Source: Somniosus microcephalus
Lineage: Eukaryota
Assembly: GCA_052327205.1 (NCBI GenBank)
Contig: CM126210.1
Span: forward strand, 149,792,001-149,856,000
DNA length: 64,000 nucleotides
Reading direction: 5' to 3'
A program made the position numbers and the translations under genes. Below the pieces are notes generated by a model. That model saw only the letters and a program-made list of their open reading frames with translations, searched no databases and was not told where the DNA came from. Below, piece after piece: positions 1 to 13,632 of the stretch (position 1 is its first letter; each line of letters opens with the position of its first letter).

Positions 1-1235
1 TTTTAAACAATGAAGAGAGCAAAATGGGATTAACATGTGAGTGAAAATATTCAAGCAATAAATAAGAATTTAGGTGAATATCTAATCATCTGTCATGCTT
101 AAAAGTTTCAATATATAATGGTAAAGGATAGCTTCATCACGCCAATAACTTGACTCACATTTAGAAAGGCTTATCTTTGTTGCAGTAGATTCCTTCTCCT
201 CTGGAAGAAAAAGATAACAGATCCAGCCTCTGCCTTACAGAAACACACCTCCTGTCATTCACAGAATTCCATTGATGGCAGCCAGGAAAGGTATTTAATC
301 CTGGCCTCCTGGCTGAAGGAAAAGCATGCCAAGTTTAGTAAAATTAGGGATCTAATGGTTGGAATAAAAATAATATACCTTAAAAAATATAAATATCTTA
401 AATAGTTTCTGCAGATCAAAATTCATTGACAGCAGAATTTTGGATTTTTTTGTTTTTCATTTTATACATACATAAACTAGAATGTTTCTCATTCTTTTAG
501 GGAGGGTACTTTAAAGGGAAGATGATCCTTAGCTGTGCTCTGGAACTTAAGTGTGAGGCTCCTAACTTTGTGTTAGAATTCAACGGCGCCAAGTTTACAT
601 AGCTTAGAGGTCTTGAAAATGAAACACAGACACAAAGAGCGTCTGTTTCAAATCTTTAACCCTTTTGTTTCTCAGCTGCTGCTCAGATGTAACAATCCTT
701 GCCATCTACATGGAGAGTTGGCAATCTGGTTTCTTACAAGTCTCAGAAATCTGTCTTCTGCTCATTTAACTACCTCTCCAGTGCATCGTACCATAGTTTA
801 TTATAAGGGGTACTGTTCAAAGAATCTGAGGTGTTTAATGAGATGTAAATCACTAGTTTTGTTCATGGTTTCCATTATACTTAACAAAAAATTAAGCTTA
901 GCTGTGGCTCCAGTTCAAGAATTTAGAAAGTTGGGGTGTTGCTGCAATATTTATTGAGATGGATGAGTAAAAAGTCAAGGCTGATTTCTGTGTATTTTAT
1001 GACCAAAATCTATTTTGAATATTATTGGTCCTTTTGTATCCTCATTGAGTAGGTCTCTCGTATTGTCTTTGGAGGCAGAAATTATGTTTTTTTCCCAGTG
1101 TAAGTGCAACAAGAGACTTGAGAGTAAAATTTATGAATTCACACTGCAGGCACAGATTTTTGCTACCCAGTGCGAATATCAGGAATTTAAGCACAAAAGT
1201 CAGTGGGTCAAAGCTTATTTTATGTCCATTCATCC

Positions 1236-1304
1236 TTAAACTTCAGCTCATCCAAAACTATGCTGCCTGTATGCTGTCCTGCACCAAGTCCTACTCACCC
1301 ATTA
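1236..1304 (+). mobile_element. L2 LINE 3' fragment, split by a CR1 insertion; continues at ~10462-10560
   Basis: Encodes LQLIQNYAAC..TKSYSP and continues as TP.LADLHWFP after 10461. The same region occurs uninterrupted in the L2 at ~33405-33530. Confidence 0.7.
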
Positions 1305-3055
1305 AGAACATAAGAATCAGGAGCAGGAATAGGCCACACAGCCCCACGAGCCTGCTCTGCCATTCAATAACATCGTGGCTGATTTTCGACCTCAACTCCA
1401 CTTTCCTGCCCGATAGGCACATCCCTTGATTCCCCTAGCGTCCAAAAATCTATTGATCTTGGCCTTGAATATACTCAACGATTCAGTATCCACCGTCCTT
1501 TGGGTAGAGAATTCCAAAGATAAACAACCCTCTAAGTGAAGAAATTCCTCCTCATCTCAGCCTTAAAAGGTTGAACCCTTATCCTGAGACAATGCCCCCT
1601 AGTTCTAGACTCTCCAGCCAGGGGAAACAACCTCCCAGCATTTACTCTGTCAATCCCCCTCAGAATCTTATATGTTTCAATGAGATCACCTCTCATTCTT
1701 CTAAACTCCAGAGGTTATAGGCCCAATCAACTCAATCTGTCCTCATAGGACAACCCTTTCATCCCAGGGATCAACCTAGTGAACCTTTGTTGCACCGCCT
1801 CTAAGGAAACTATATCCTTCCCCAGATAAGGAGACCAAAACTGTGCACAGTACTCCAGGTATAGTCTCACCAAAGTCCTGTACAATTGTAGGAAGACTTT
1901 CTTACTCTTGTACTCCAACCCCCTCGTAATAAAGGCCAACATACCATTTGCCTTCCTTATACCTTGCTGTACCTGCACGCTAACTCTGTGTTTCCTGTGC
2001 GAGGACACTTAAATCTCTCTGAACACCAACGTTTAATAGTTTCTCACCATTTAAAAAATATTCTGTTTTTCTATTCTTCCTACTAAAGTGAATAACCTCA
2101 CATTTCCCCACATTATGCTCCATCTGCCACCTTATTGCCCACTCACTTAACCTGTCTATATCCCTTTGCAGGCTCTTTGTGTCCTCCTAACAGCTTACTT
2201 TCCCATCCAGCTTTGTATCATCAGCAAACTTGGATACATTGCACTTGGTCCCTTCATCTAAGTCATTAATATAGATTGTAATTAGCTGAGGCACAAGCAC
2301 TGATCCTTGCGGCACCCCACTAATTACAGCCTGCTAACTGGGAAATGGCCCGTTTATCCCGACTCTCTGTTTTCTGTCCGTTAGCCAATCCACTATCCAT
2401 GCTAATATATTACCCCCAACCCATGAGCCCTTATCTTGCATAACAACCTTTTATGTGGCACCTTATCAAAAGCCTTTGGCAATCCAAATATTCTACAGTC
2501 ACAGGTTTCCCTTTATCCACCCTGCTAGTTACATCCTCAAAAAACTCTATTAAATTTGTTAAACATGATTTCCCTTTCATAAATCCATGTTGACTCTGAC
2601 TAATCATACTATGATTTTCTAAGTGCCCTGTTACCACTTCCTTAATAATGGATTCCAGCATTTTCCCGACGGCTGATGTCAGGCTAACTGGCCTGCAGTT
2701 CCCTGTTTTCTCTCTCCCTCCTTTCTTGAATAGCGGGGTCACATTTGCTACCTTCCAATCCGCTGGGACTGTTCTAGAATCTAGAGAATTTTGGAAGATC
2801 ACAACCAATGCATCCACTATCTCTACAGCCACCTCTTTTAGAACCCTAGGATGTAGGCCATCAGGTCCAGGGGATTTGTCAGCTTTTAGTCCCATTAATT
2901 TCTCAAGTACTTTTTCTCTACTTATATTAATTACTTTAAGTTCCTCCTTCTCATTAGCTCCTTGGTTCCCCACTATTTCTGGTATGCTTTTTGTATCTTC
3001 TACTGTGAAGACAGATACAAAATATTTGTTTAAAGTCTCTGCCATTTCTTTATTC

Positions 3056-5779
3056 TGTAGGAGTCGCTGGAAATAAACCGACTGCGAGACTTTCATAGCA
3101 GCAAAGAAAAACGTGTGTTAGCTTTATAAACTCTACGCATGGACTGAGGGACTCGGCCTCGTCGCAGGGCTATGACGTCATAGAGTTATACAGCACAGAA
3201 AGAGGTCCTTCGGCCCATCGCGTCCGCGCCGGCCATCAAGCCCTATCTAATCTAATCCCATTTTCCAGCATTTGGTCCGTAGCCTTGTATGCTATGGCAT
3301 TTCAAGTGCTCATCCAAATGCTTCTTGAATGTTGTGAGGGTTCCTGCCTCTACCACCCTTTCAGGCAGTGAGTTCCAGATTCCAACCACCCTCTGGGTGA
3401 AAAAGTTTTTCCTCAAATCCCCTCTAAACCTCCTGCCCCTTACCTTGAATCTATGCCCCCTTGTTATTGACCCCTCTACTAAGGGGAAAAGTTCCTTTCT
3501 ATCTACCCTATCTATGCCCCTCATAATTTTGTATACCTCAATCAGGTCCCCCCTCAGCCTTCTCTGCTCCAAGGAAAACAACCCCAGCCTGTCCAGTCTT
3601 CATAGCTGAAGCGCTCCAGCCCAGGTAACATCCTGGTAAATCTCCTCTGCACCCTCTCCAAAACAATCACATCCTTCCTATAGTTTGGCGACCAGAACTC
3701 CAGCTGTGGCCTTACCAGCGTTTTGTACAGCTCCATCATAACCTCCCTGCTCTTATATTCTATGCCTCGGCTAATGAAGGCAAGTATCCCATATGCCTTT
3801 TTAACCACCTTAGCCACCTGTTCTGCTGCCTTCAGGGATCTATGTACATGCATACCAAGGTCGCTCTGATCCTCTGTCTTTCCTAGGGTCTTACCATTCA
3901 TTGTGTATTCCCTTGCCTTGTTAGTCTGTCCAAAATGCATCACCTCACACTTTTCAGGGTTAAATTCCATTTGCCACTGTTCCACCCATCTGACCAACCC
4001 ATCTATATCGTCCTGTCGCCTGAGGCTTCCTGCCTCGCTATTTACCACCCCACCAATTTTCGTGTCATCTGCGAACTTACTGATCATACCTTTTACGTTC
4101 ACATCCAAATCATTAATGTAGACCACAAACAGCAAGGGACCCAGCACCGATCCCTGCGGTACACCACTGGACACAGGCTTCCAGTCACAAAAACAACCTT
4201 CCACCATCACCCTCTGCCTTCTGCCACTAAACCAGTTTTGGATCCAATGTGCCAAGGCACCCTGGATCCCATGGGCTCTTACCTTCCTGACCAGTCTCCT
4301 ATGCGGGACTTTATCAAAAGCCTTACTGAAATCCATGTAAACCACATCCACTGCACTACCCTCATCCACACACCTAGTCGCCCCCTCGAAAAATTCAGTC
4401 AAATTGGTCAGACATGATCTTCCCTTGACAAAGCCATGCTGGCTATCCCTAATTAATCCCTGCCTCTCCAAGTGGAGACCAATTCTGTCCCTCAGAATTT
4501 TTTCCAATAATTTCCCCACCACTGATGTTAGGCTCACTGGCCTGTAATTCCTTGGTTTATCCCTACTACCCTTCTTGAATAATGGTACTACATTAGCTGT
4601 TCTCCAGTCCTCTGGCACATCCCCTATGGCCAGAGAGGTTCTGAAAATTTGTGTCAGAGCCCCTGCAATCTCCTTCTTTGCCTCACATAGTAGCTTGGGA
4701 TACATCTCATCCGGGCCTGGGGATTTATCCACTTTTAAGCCTGCTAAAACCGCTAGTACCTCCTCCCTCTCGATGCTAATATGTTCAAGTATATCACAGT
4801 CCCCCTGCCCGATTTCTATGTCCACATCGTCTTTCTCCATAGTGAACACAGATGCAAAAAATTCATTTAAAACCCCACCTACATCCTCTGGCTCTACACA
4901 CAGTTTGCCACTTTGGTCCCTAATGGGCCCTACTCTTTCCCTAGTTATCCTCTTGCCCTTAATATACTTTTAAAACACCTTAGGATTTTCCTTTATTTTG
5001 CTCGCCAGTGTTATTTCATGGCCCCTCCTCGCTCTCCTAATTTCTTTTTTAAGTATCCCCCTGCACTTTTTATACTCCTCTAGGGCTTCCTCTGTCTTTA
5101 GTCCTTTGTATCTGCCAAAAGCCCCCCTTTTTTTCCTAATCCATTCTCGTATATCCCTTGACATCCAAGGTTCCCTGGGCTTGTTGGTCCCACCCTTGAC
5201 CTTTGCGGGAACATGTTGCCATTGTACTCTCTCAATTTCCTTTCTGAAAGACTCCCATTGCTCCGATGTGGATTTTCCTTCAAGTAGCTGATCCCAGTCC
5301 ACATTGGCCAGATCCTGCCTTATCATATTAAAATCGGCCTTCCCCCAATTTAGAACCTTTATTTCCAGTCCATCCTTGTCCTTTTCCATGACTACCTTAA
5401 ATCTCACCGAATTATGGTCACTGTCACCAAAGTGCTCACCTACTAACACTTCTACCACTTGCCCGGCCACATTCCCGAGAATTAGGTCCAGTAGCGCCCC
5501 CTCTCTTGTAGGACTTTCTGCATGCTGGCTCAAAAAGCTCTCCTGGATGCACTTTAAGAATTCTGCACCCTCTAAGCCTTTCACACTCTGACTATCCCAG
5601 TTAATATTGGGGAAGTTGAAATCCCCCATTATTATTACCCTATTATTTGCACACATCGACGACTCTTAAAGGGACCCTGCCCCGATAACCCAACCAAGTT
5701 CCGTACATAACGTGGAGCGATAACAACATTGGCTATACATAGTGAATTATGTTACTGTCCCTATGTGGTCTCCGCCACA
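3056..5779 (-). repeat. 3' LTR of Gypsy element 1, split into 3056-3182 and 5651-5779 by a CR1 insertion
   Basis: The two halves join to reproduce the LTR at 9612-9868. Confidence 0.92.
3183..5650 (-). mobile_element. Young 5'-truncated CR1 LINE inserted in the Gypsy LTR
   Basis: ORFs 4970-5656 (IMGDFNFPNI, SDHN endonuclease), 3554-4849 ([15 protein letters not shown]) and 3252-3581. ACTCTATG-type tail at the left end. Confidence 0.93.
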
Positions 5780-5789
5780 TACATCCCCC

Positions 5790-6978
5790 CAGAATTCACT
5801 AGAACTGGCAATGTCAGTCGTTGAGGGGCCCGGATCACATAGCCGAAACGGCTCCTTAAGTCCGGGGCGGGGATCGGGGGGGTCGCAAGAGGGTCCCCGG
5901 GCGCTCGGTGGTGGACTGAGGGTGCAGAAGCCGGAGGTCGGCCCTGCCGCGGGGGCTGAGCCAACCCAAAGGGTCGGTCCAGATCCAGGTGGGCCGGCTT
6001 AAGACGGTCCACGGAAATGTAGTCCAGCTTACCGCCGACACCCACCACGAAGGCCTTGTCCCCGGCTTCCAGGACGCGGAATGGTCAGTCGTAGGGTGGG
6101 TGAAGAGGTCCCCGGCGGGCGTCGTGGCGGATGAAAACGTACTCCGCCACACGAAGGTCGGGCGGAACGTGGGACTGAGGGAGACCGTGCTGCGACATGG
6201 GCACCGGCGCGAAAACCTTGGCGTTGTCCAGGAGGGCGGACCACTGACGGGCCGCGGACCAAGGGTCCGTGCCGTTGGGGACAAAATCCCCGGGAACCCG
6301 CAACGGCTGTCCGTAGACGAGCTCGGCGGACGAGGACTAGAGGTCCTCCTTGAGGGCGGTCCTGAGTCCCAGCATGACCCACGGGAGTCTGTCGATCCAA
6401 CTGTCGTCCCGGAGGCTGGCCCGGAGCGTGGCCTTCATGGAGCGATGAAACCGTTCGCACAGCCCGTTAGCCTGAGGGTGGTATGCTGTGGTGCGGTGGA
6501 GTCTCAACCCGAGGCCTTGGGGGACAGCGTTCCAGAGCTCCGACGTGAACTGGGGCCCCCGGTCGGAGGAGACGTCAGATGGGGCGCCGAACCGGGCGAC
6601 CCAAGTGTTGCTGAACGCCCGAGCCACATCGGCGGATGTTGTTGACGACAGCGGGACAGCTTCCGGCCATCGGGTGGTTCTGTCGACCATCGTGAGGAGG
6701 TGGGTGAACCCGCGGGAGGGCGGCAGGGGCCCCACCAGGTCCACGTTAACATGGTCGAACCGCCTCTCGGACACCGCGAAAGGCGCCAACGGGGCCTTAG
6801 TATGGCGATGCACTTTCGAGCGCTGGCATACCACGCAGGTATTGGCCCAGTCACGAACGTCCGTGCCTGACGAACTTAGCCGCCACCAGCTTCTGTGACG
6901 GCTTCCTGCCCGGGTGGGAAAGGCTATGGACGGCATCGAAAGCCTGCCCTCTCCACCCGTCGGCACGACGGGGCGTGG
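5790..6978 (-). pseudogene. Gypsy integrase (frameshifted)
   Basis: CVVCQRSK zinc-finger half and HVNVDLVGP / SDRGPQF / ANGLCERFH catalytic D,D,E motifs. GPY-type C-terminus split over several frames. Confidence 0.9.
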
Positions 6979-8535
6979 CTACCCAGCGGAGACGTCGCAC
7001 AGGAGCGTGGTGCCGGCATCGTCAAAGGCGACGTCCGCTAACTGAAGGCCCGTGACAGCCGTCCTGTAGGCCTGGACGTCCGGGTCGGAGGCCTGGTCGG
7101 CCGCCATGCGGGTGTAGTCGATGCCGAGGTGTACGGCGCTGGCGACGGCCCGGGAGAGACAGTCGGCGACAGGGTTGTTTTTCCCAGCCACATGCTGGAT
7201 GTCCATCGTGAACTCAAAGACGAAGGAAAGCTGGCGCTGCTGATGGGCCGACCACAGCTCGGAAACTTTGGCCATGGCGAAGGTCAACGGCTTGTGGGCC
7301 ACGAACACCGTGAACGGGCAGGCCTCCAGCAGGAAACGTAAGTGTCGGACAGCGAGGTAGAGGCCGAGAAGCTCGCGATCGAAGGTACTGTACTTCCGCT
7401 CGTTAGGGCGGAGCTGCCGGCTGAAGAAGACGAGCGGCTGCCAGGTGCCGTTGACCCACTGCTCGTGGACGGTGCCGACGGCATAGTTCGAAGCATCAGT
7501 GGTGAGAGCGATCGGCGCATTGGGCAACGGATGCGCCAGCATGGTCACGTTAGCCAGGGCCCTTTTTGTGTCCGTGAAAGAATTGGCCATCTCCTCGGAC
7601 CAGTCGACGGCGAGCTTGGCGGGCTTGCCTTTGAGGGCCTCGTAAAAGGGCCGCATAAGCTGGGCTGCCCGGGGAACGAAGTGATGATAAAAGTTCACCA
7701 TGCCCAAAAACTCCTGCAGGGCCTTCACGGTGAGGGGTCGCGGAAAATCCTTCACGGCCTCCACTTTCGACGGCAGTGGCACCGCCCCATCCTTCGTAAT
7801 GCGGTGCCCGAGAAAGTCGATCGAGGACAGCCCGAACTGGCACTTGGCCGGATTGACAATTAGGCCATGCTGGCTGAGGCGTTCGAAGAGAGTCCGGAGG
7901 TGGGACACATGCTCCGTCCTGGAGGCGCTGGCGATGAGAATGTCGTCCAGGTAGACGAACAGGAATGGCAGGTCCCGTAACACAGTGTCCATTAGGCGTT
8001 TAAAAGCCTGAGCGGCGTTTTTGAGTCCGAATGGCATGCGGAGGAATTCGAACAGCCCGAACGGGGTGATCACCGCAGTTTTCAGGACGTCCTGCGGCCG
8101 AACGCGGACCTGGTGGTAACCCCGAACGAGGTACACCTTAGAGAAAACAACTTTCCTGGCCAGGCGGGCGGAAAAGTCCTGGATGTGTGGAATCGGGTAG
8201 CGGTCGGGGGTCGTAGCGTCGTTGAGTCGCTGGTAATCGCCGCACGGGCGCCAACCGCCGCCTGGTTTTGGTGCGATGTGGAGGGGCGAGGCCCAAGGAC
8301 TGTTCGACCGGCGAATGATGCCGAGGCGCTCCATCATGTCGAACTCGGCTTTAGCGATGGCGAGTTTCCCCGGGTCGAGGCGCCGAGCGCGGGCGTAGAC
8401 AGGCAGACCGGTGGTCGGGATGTGGTGTTCTACCCCATGCTTGGTGGCGGCGGACAAGAAAGTGGGCTTCGTGAGGTCCGGGAACCCGGCGAGGAGGCGG
8501 GAAAACTCGTCGGAGGCCGAGAGTGCGCTGGACAA
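6979..8535 (-). pseudogene. Gypsy reverse transcriptase / RNase H
   Basis: WASPLH, MPFGLKNA, YLDD and TTDAS motifs. The first catalytic Asp appears mutated (SKVYLVRGY) and the ORF ends in a premature stop. Confidence 0.92.
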
Positions 8536-9563
8536 CTTCGTCGTGCCGGAACCACTGAGCGAACACGGGAGCGAACTGAAAGTCTCAGCGTTGACGAGAC
8601 GTCGTTCTTGACGTCCACAAAAAGGCCATTGGTGCAGAGGAAGTCAGCGCCGAGAAGTGGGGTGGACACTTTCGCTGTAACAAAGTCCCAAGCGAAACGC
8701 TGCCTGCCAAAACACAGCTCCATGCTCTGCTTCCCGAAAGTACGGATGGAACTGCCATTGGCGGCTTCGAGGGCGGGGCCGTGGTTCCCCCCCTGTATGT
8801 CTACAGTTGACGCGGGCAGGACGCTCACCTGGGCACCCGTGTCGCAGAGGAAACGACATCCAGAGTCAGTGTCCATAATGAATAACAGACTACCTGAATG
8901 GCCGACAGCCATGGTAGCTAATGAGTGGGCCTTCGCGTTTCCCGACGCGGTAAAGCTGCACGGGGGCCGGCACTTCTTAGCGTTGGGGCTGAACTGCGCG
9001 TGGTAGAAGCACATGCTTGGGGGCTGCCGCCATTGGGCTTTGGCGGTGGGGGCAGGGCCCCGCATGGCCGCGCAGTACTGTTGCCCGGCAGAGAAACATT
9101 TGTCGGCCTCCTTGGCCAGAGCGCGGAAATCACTAATATGAGAGTTGGCTAAAGCCGACCGTACCTGCCCTGGCAGCTGTTGTAGGAACAGTTCTCTGAA
9201 GAGGAAGCACGGCTTGTTCTTGCCCAGGAGGGTTAACATGTGGTCCATCAGTTCTGAGGGCTTGGAGTCGCCAAGCCCGGGTAGAGAGAGAAGCTGGCGT
9301 GCGCGCTCGGGTTCAGTTAGTCCAAAAGTCTCTAGGAGGTGCGTTCTCAGCGTCGCAAATTTGTGGTGCTCCGGGGGGTCCTCGAGCAGGCTCACGACTC
9401 TGGCCACGGTGGAGCTGCCGAGAGCAGAGACGACGTAATAATACTTCGTGTCGTCCGCGGTGATGTCCCGGAGTGCAAACTGAGCCTCGGCCTGGGCGAA
9501 CCAAGCGGCAGCCTGTCGTTCCCAAAACTCCGGTAGTTTGAGAGAAACCGCGTTCGTCGCCAT
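8430..9563 (-). pseudogene. Gypsy gag-protease
   Basis: MATNAVSLKLPEFW...WFAQAEAQF gag N-terminus, CFYH..F...AKKC..PC knuckle, and FLCDTGAQVS aspartic protease. Frameshifted relative to pol. Confidence 0.9.
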
Positions 9564-9599
9564 CTCGGAAAAAGTCTTTGGAAACGTTCAAAAGAGAAA

Positions 9600-9610
9600 C
9601 GGGGTCACCA
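9600..9610 (-). promoter_or_regulatory. Primer binding site, tRNA-Trp type
   Basis: Minus-strand TGGTGACCCCG, 1 nt inside the 5' LTR, complementary to the 3' end of vertebrate tRNA-Trp. Confidence 0.8.
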
Positions 9611-9611
9611 A

Positions 9612-9868
9612 TGTAGGAGTTGCTGGAAATAAACAGACTGCGAGACTTTCATAGCAGCAAAGAAAAACGCGTGTTAGCTTTATTAATTCTCTGCATGGAC
9701 TGAGGGACTCGGCCTCGTCGCAGGGCTATGACGTCATAACACAATCGATGACTCTTAAAGGGACCCTGCCCCGATAACCCAACCAAGTTCCGTACATAAC
9801 GTGGAGCGATAACAACATTGGCTATACATAGTGAATTGTGTTACTGTCCCTATGTGGTCTCTGCCACA
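9612..9868 (-). repeat. 5' LTR of Gypsy element 1
   Basis: TGTAGG...CCACA; matches 3056-3182 plus 5651-5779 with about 10-12 differences counted by eye. Confidence 0.93.
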
Positions 9869-10614
9869 ATTCCCCATTATAATTTATCCTGCCTCAGCCT
9901 CTAAGGGACCAAATCTTACTTTTTCTACTCTCTTCCTTTTTACGTACTTGTTTACTCTCATATTCTATTTTCACCCTTTTTTTAAAATCAATTTTTGGTC
10001 TTTGCTGATTTCTAAAGCTCTCCCAATCCTCAGGCTTACTACTATTCTCCGCAACATTATAAGCCTCTTCTTTTAATCTAATACTATCCTTAACTTCTTT
10101 AGTTAGCCACAGATAGATCACTTTTCCAGTGAAGTTTTTATTTCTCAATGGAATGTATACTTGTTGAGAATTTTAGAATATTTCTTCTAATATTTGCCAC
10201 TGCTTATCTACAGTCATACCTTTTATCTAATTTCCCAATCTACCTTAGCCAACTCCCCCCTCATAGCTATGTAATTGGCTTTATTTAAGTTTAAGACTCT
10301 AGTTACGGATTTAAGTATTTCACTCTCAAACTCAGTGTGAAATTCTGTCATATTATGATCACTCTTCCTCAGAGGATCCTTTACCATGAGATTACTAATT
10401 AACCCTGTCTCACTACATAATGCAAGATCAAAAATAGCCTGTTCCCTGGTTGGTTCCACAACGTTACCCCTGCCCTGGCTGACCTACATTGGTTCCCAGT
10501 CCCCCATCGCATCAAATTTAAAAATCTCATCCTCGTGTTTACATCAATTTGTTGTCTTATACCTCGCTGTCTCTTTAACCTCATCCATCCCTGTTTAGGC
10601 ACCTGAATTATGAG

Positions 10615-12560
10615 GAGAAACTGGGAATATTTACACTGGAAAAGAGAAAGCTTAGGTGTGATTTCATAGATGTATGCATTGTAAAGGGCATAGACAAGAT
10701 AACCATCAATATGTTTAACATAGTCACAAATTGTATAACAAGAGGACATGGTCTTTAACTTAGAAGAGGGAAGATGAAAGGTCAGTTTAGATTGAAGTAC
10801 TTTATTTAGAAGGTATAGAATGGACTGCCCAGGGACACAGTGGAGGCTGATAATATCTGCACTTTCAAGAGAGATTTGGATAAGTACCTGGAGTAAGGGT
10901 CTTTTACAGTCCTGTAAGTTCCTTTCTTCCCATGAACAAACTTGTTGGTATTGGGATAAAGGCAAAGTTAAACGTGCCTTCACTTTTAGCAGCGCTCATC
11001 AACCAAGGCACAAAACTAAGAAGGGAACTGACATGCTCTCTGGAAGATGCAATTTTAAAGGTTACACTTGACCATTGCCCTTTTGCAAACACTCCTTCAC
11101 TGTGAAGATGGAGGTGGCAGCCGAGGAGCAGCAAACAGATGCTGAGGCGCTCCTCTGTTGTAGGGAGATTTCCCAGCAGCATGGATGCAGAGGCTAGCCC
11201 TGGTTTCCAAATAGTTATCCTCAGTGTCAAAGTATATTCGATATAAGTGAGATGGAAGTCCTAGATAACTTGAAAGGACTTCAAACAAAATAAATCCCAA
11301 GGGATTGATGTTATTTATCTCAAACTGTTGAAAGACACTAGCAAGGAGATTTGCGAGGGACTGACGATCATCATGAGGATGTCAGTAGACACTGAGGAGG
11401 CAGCTGTAAATTTAAAACAGTTTACCTATGTCTGTTTCATCACCCTCTTTGAACATTAGCCTTACTTCAATCCCATGTTAAATAATTGAATGAATTATCA
11501 GGGGTAAACCTGAGGATTATCTCAACATCAATCTAGTAAAGAAGTCGACATAGCGTTAAATAAGGAAGATCCTGCCCGACTAACCTCTTTGAATTCTTTG
11601 AGGAAGTGGCAACCCAGGTGGACTGTATTGGGATCACTGTTGTTTCTAACTTACATCAATAAGTTGCATTCAAAAACTCGGTGCAACTTGATCAGATTTC
11701 CAGGTGATACCAAACTTGAAGAGGCAATGGAATCAGAATTTACAAGATGAACTAAACAAGATATGTGAGTGGGGCAAATAATGGCAGCTGAAATTTAATA
11801 CAGACAGGTGTAACTTATTACAATTGGAAGGAATAATAGGTGTTATTTATCTCGTCCTTAATCCACCATCTATTCCTCCCCACTCACATTTGTTCCTCAA
11901 GGATGAATGATGAAAGGCTGGAGATCCCTTCACCTGCATACCGTTTCTCTCCTTCCCTTCCTTCCTGTTTACCTTAACAAGGCTTTGTTCTCTTTCAAAA
12001 CTTCAACTAGTCTTTAAAAAAAAATCAAATTAGAATGAGGACAGAATCTTCGTATCCCTACATATCTCTCTCTCTTCCCGCCCCAATATAATATATTAGA
12101 AATTAGAATATCTGTCTCACTATCTGTAAGCCATTAACAGTATCCTTTTCTAATTCTCAAAAATACAGGTGGAGATAGCTAATTGGCTTCAAAATTCAAC
12201 CAAAGAGTGGAAAGGAAAATAAGTGTAAAATCTGCAGACAAATTAGACACATGCGCATCACAATAGAATAATAATTGTAGGAGATTTAATTATCCAAAAA
12301 TAGATTGGGTTAGGGAAAATGTCTGCATTGAAAGAGGGGATTTTTTTGGAGTGTGTTCAAGACTGTTTCTTCAGTCAATATCTTGCAACTCCAACATGAA
12401 GGAAACATTGCTTGGACCTGGTTCTGGATATTGAAGCGGAGCAAGTGTCAACCAAAAAGTAGAGGAGCATTTAGGAAGAATGACCATGATATAATTAGAT
12501 CCAGCATAAAAATAGAGAAGGAAAAGAAAAGTTGAGGTCAAAAATACTTGACTTGAAAAA
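10615..12560 (+). mobile_element. Several old, highly degraded CR1 fragments
   Basis: Remnants of the RT C-terminus (~10615-10900), RT (~11290-11840) and endonuclease (GDFNYPKIDW, ~12270-12560), with many stops. Confidence 0.6.
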
Positions 12561-13632
12561 ATGTTTGTTTCTGTGCTGTGATTCTAAAGCTACATGTTTG
12601 GTCCATATTTGGCATATTAGAGTAAATTCAGCACTCTCAGTGGGCATGCCGCACTCAGCAGGAGCACAATCATAGATAGGGCTACAACATTATAGCCCTC
12701 ATTCTCCAACCCTCACTGCCTTCGAGCATAGCTCCCAGCTAGAAGTACAGGAGCACTGAATACCCAATTAACTAATATACTGAAGTTGTGCAAACAAATT
12801 ATGTCTAGCCATGAATGTGTGTATTGGACTTAATTTTCAGTTTTACTCATTTAGCATTCTTGAACACTTCACAATTCCCAGAACTCTGAAGGACATCATA
12901 AAGATTAGCCGTGATAATGTTCTGGCAAATCGCATTGTCGATATCACAGCACATGTATTCTGCGTGTCAGAAACTGAGATGTTAAACAGCTGTTAGCATC
13001 TGCTTGTTTTGGCCTCTTCCCCCATTGCCAATATTTATGGTGTGCTTGACCTTCAACTGAACCTCACATAGTTAGCATAAAGAATGTAGGCATTTACTAG
13101 TGAATGTCAATTTTTCCATCTAGTTTCAGTACTGATTGCCTTATGCAATATACTGTACTGCAAAATCTTTGGCTTATTGACTTTTTAATGTATTCTACAG
13201 GTCGAATTTGTATATAAAAGTCTTGAATTAAACAGAGAAACTAAGGGTGAAAAATTCGGCTCCGTAGCACCCAATTTTTGGCACTACGGGTGTTGTTTTG
13301 TGCCAAAAGTGCCGTCTGCGCCGTGCATGCATACTTTTGGTGCGGGCGGTAAGGCGGCCATTAGGAGCATGCGCCAGAAGTATGCAGAGTGCGCAGATCG
13401 TGACTTCAATCAGCGTGCAACGCTGATTTGACATCAACGCTGGAGTTAGTGCCCTGTGTTAACCTTGCACAGCTAAACATGCATTCAGCATCAGCAAGGA
13501 CTCCTTACCAGCAATATTTAAAGGACCATCAACCACTCTAAAGTTAGTTACTGATTGATTTCTGCTGGCTCTGTGTAAGTTTGGGAGATGGAGCAGAGGC
13601 AGTGAAGAAGAGGACAAACTGCTCTCAGAGGG

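Larger units (their letters stand above)
3056..9868 (-). mobile_element. Full-length degenerate Ty3/Gypsy LTR retrotransposon (CsRn1-like gag)
   Basis: Two ~257-bp LTRs (TG...CA) and a 4-bp TSD ATTC at 3052-3055 and 9869-9872. PBS, gag-PR-RT-RH-IN domain order, and a G-rich PPT next to 5779. Confidence 0.95.
1305..10461 (-). mobile_element. 5'-truncated CR1 LINE (1305-3055 plus 9869-10461) interrupted by a Gypsy element
   Basis: TTCTTATG-type tail at the left end. RT ORF pieces 1727-2008 and 2431-3096 (KSPGPDGLHPRVLKE, QHGFMKGKSCLTNL). Endonuclease C-terminal piece 10223-10459 (SDHN). Confidence 0.9.

Noticed and set aside
613-1239. Short ORFs in AT-rich sequence; possible upstream NT5DC1 exon
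   Set aside because: No NT5DC1-like peptide (such as a KPGFF motif) or convincing splice-flanked exon found.
5742-9536. Many + strand ORFs of up to 297 aa
   Set aside because: Antisense shadows of the GC-rich Gypsy gag-pol, with no recognisable motifs.
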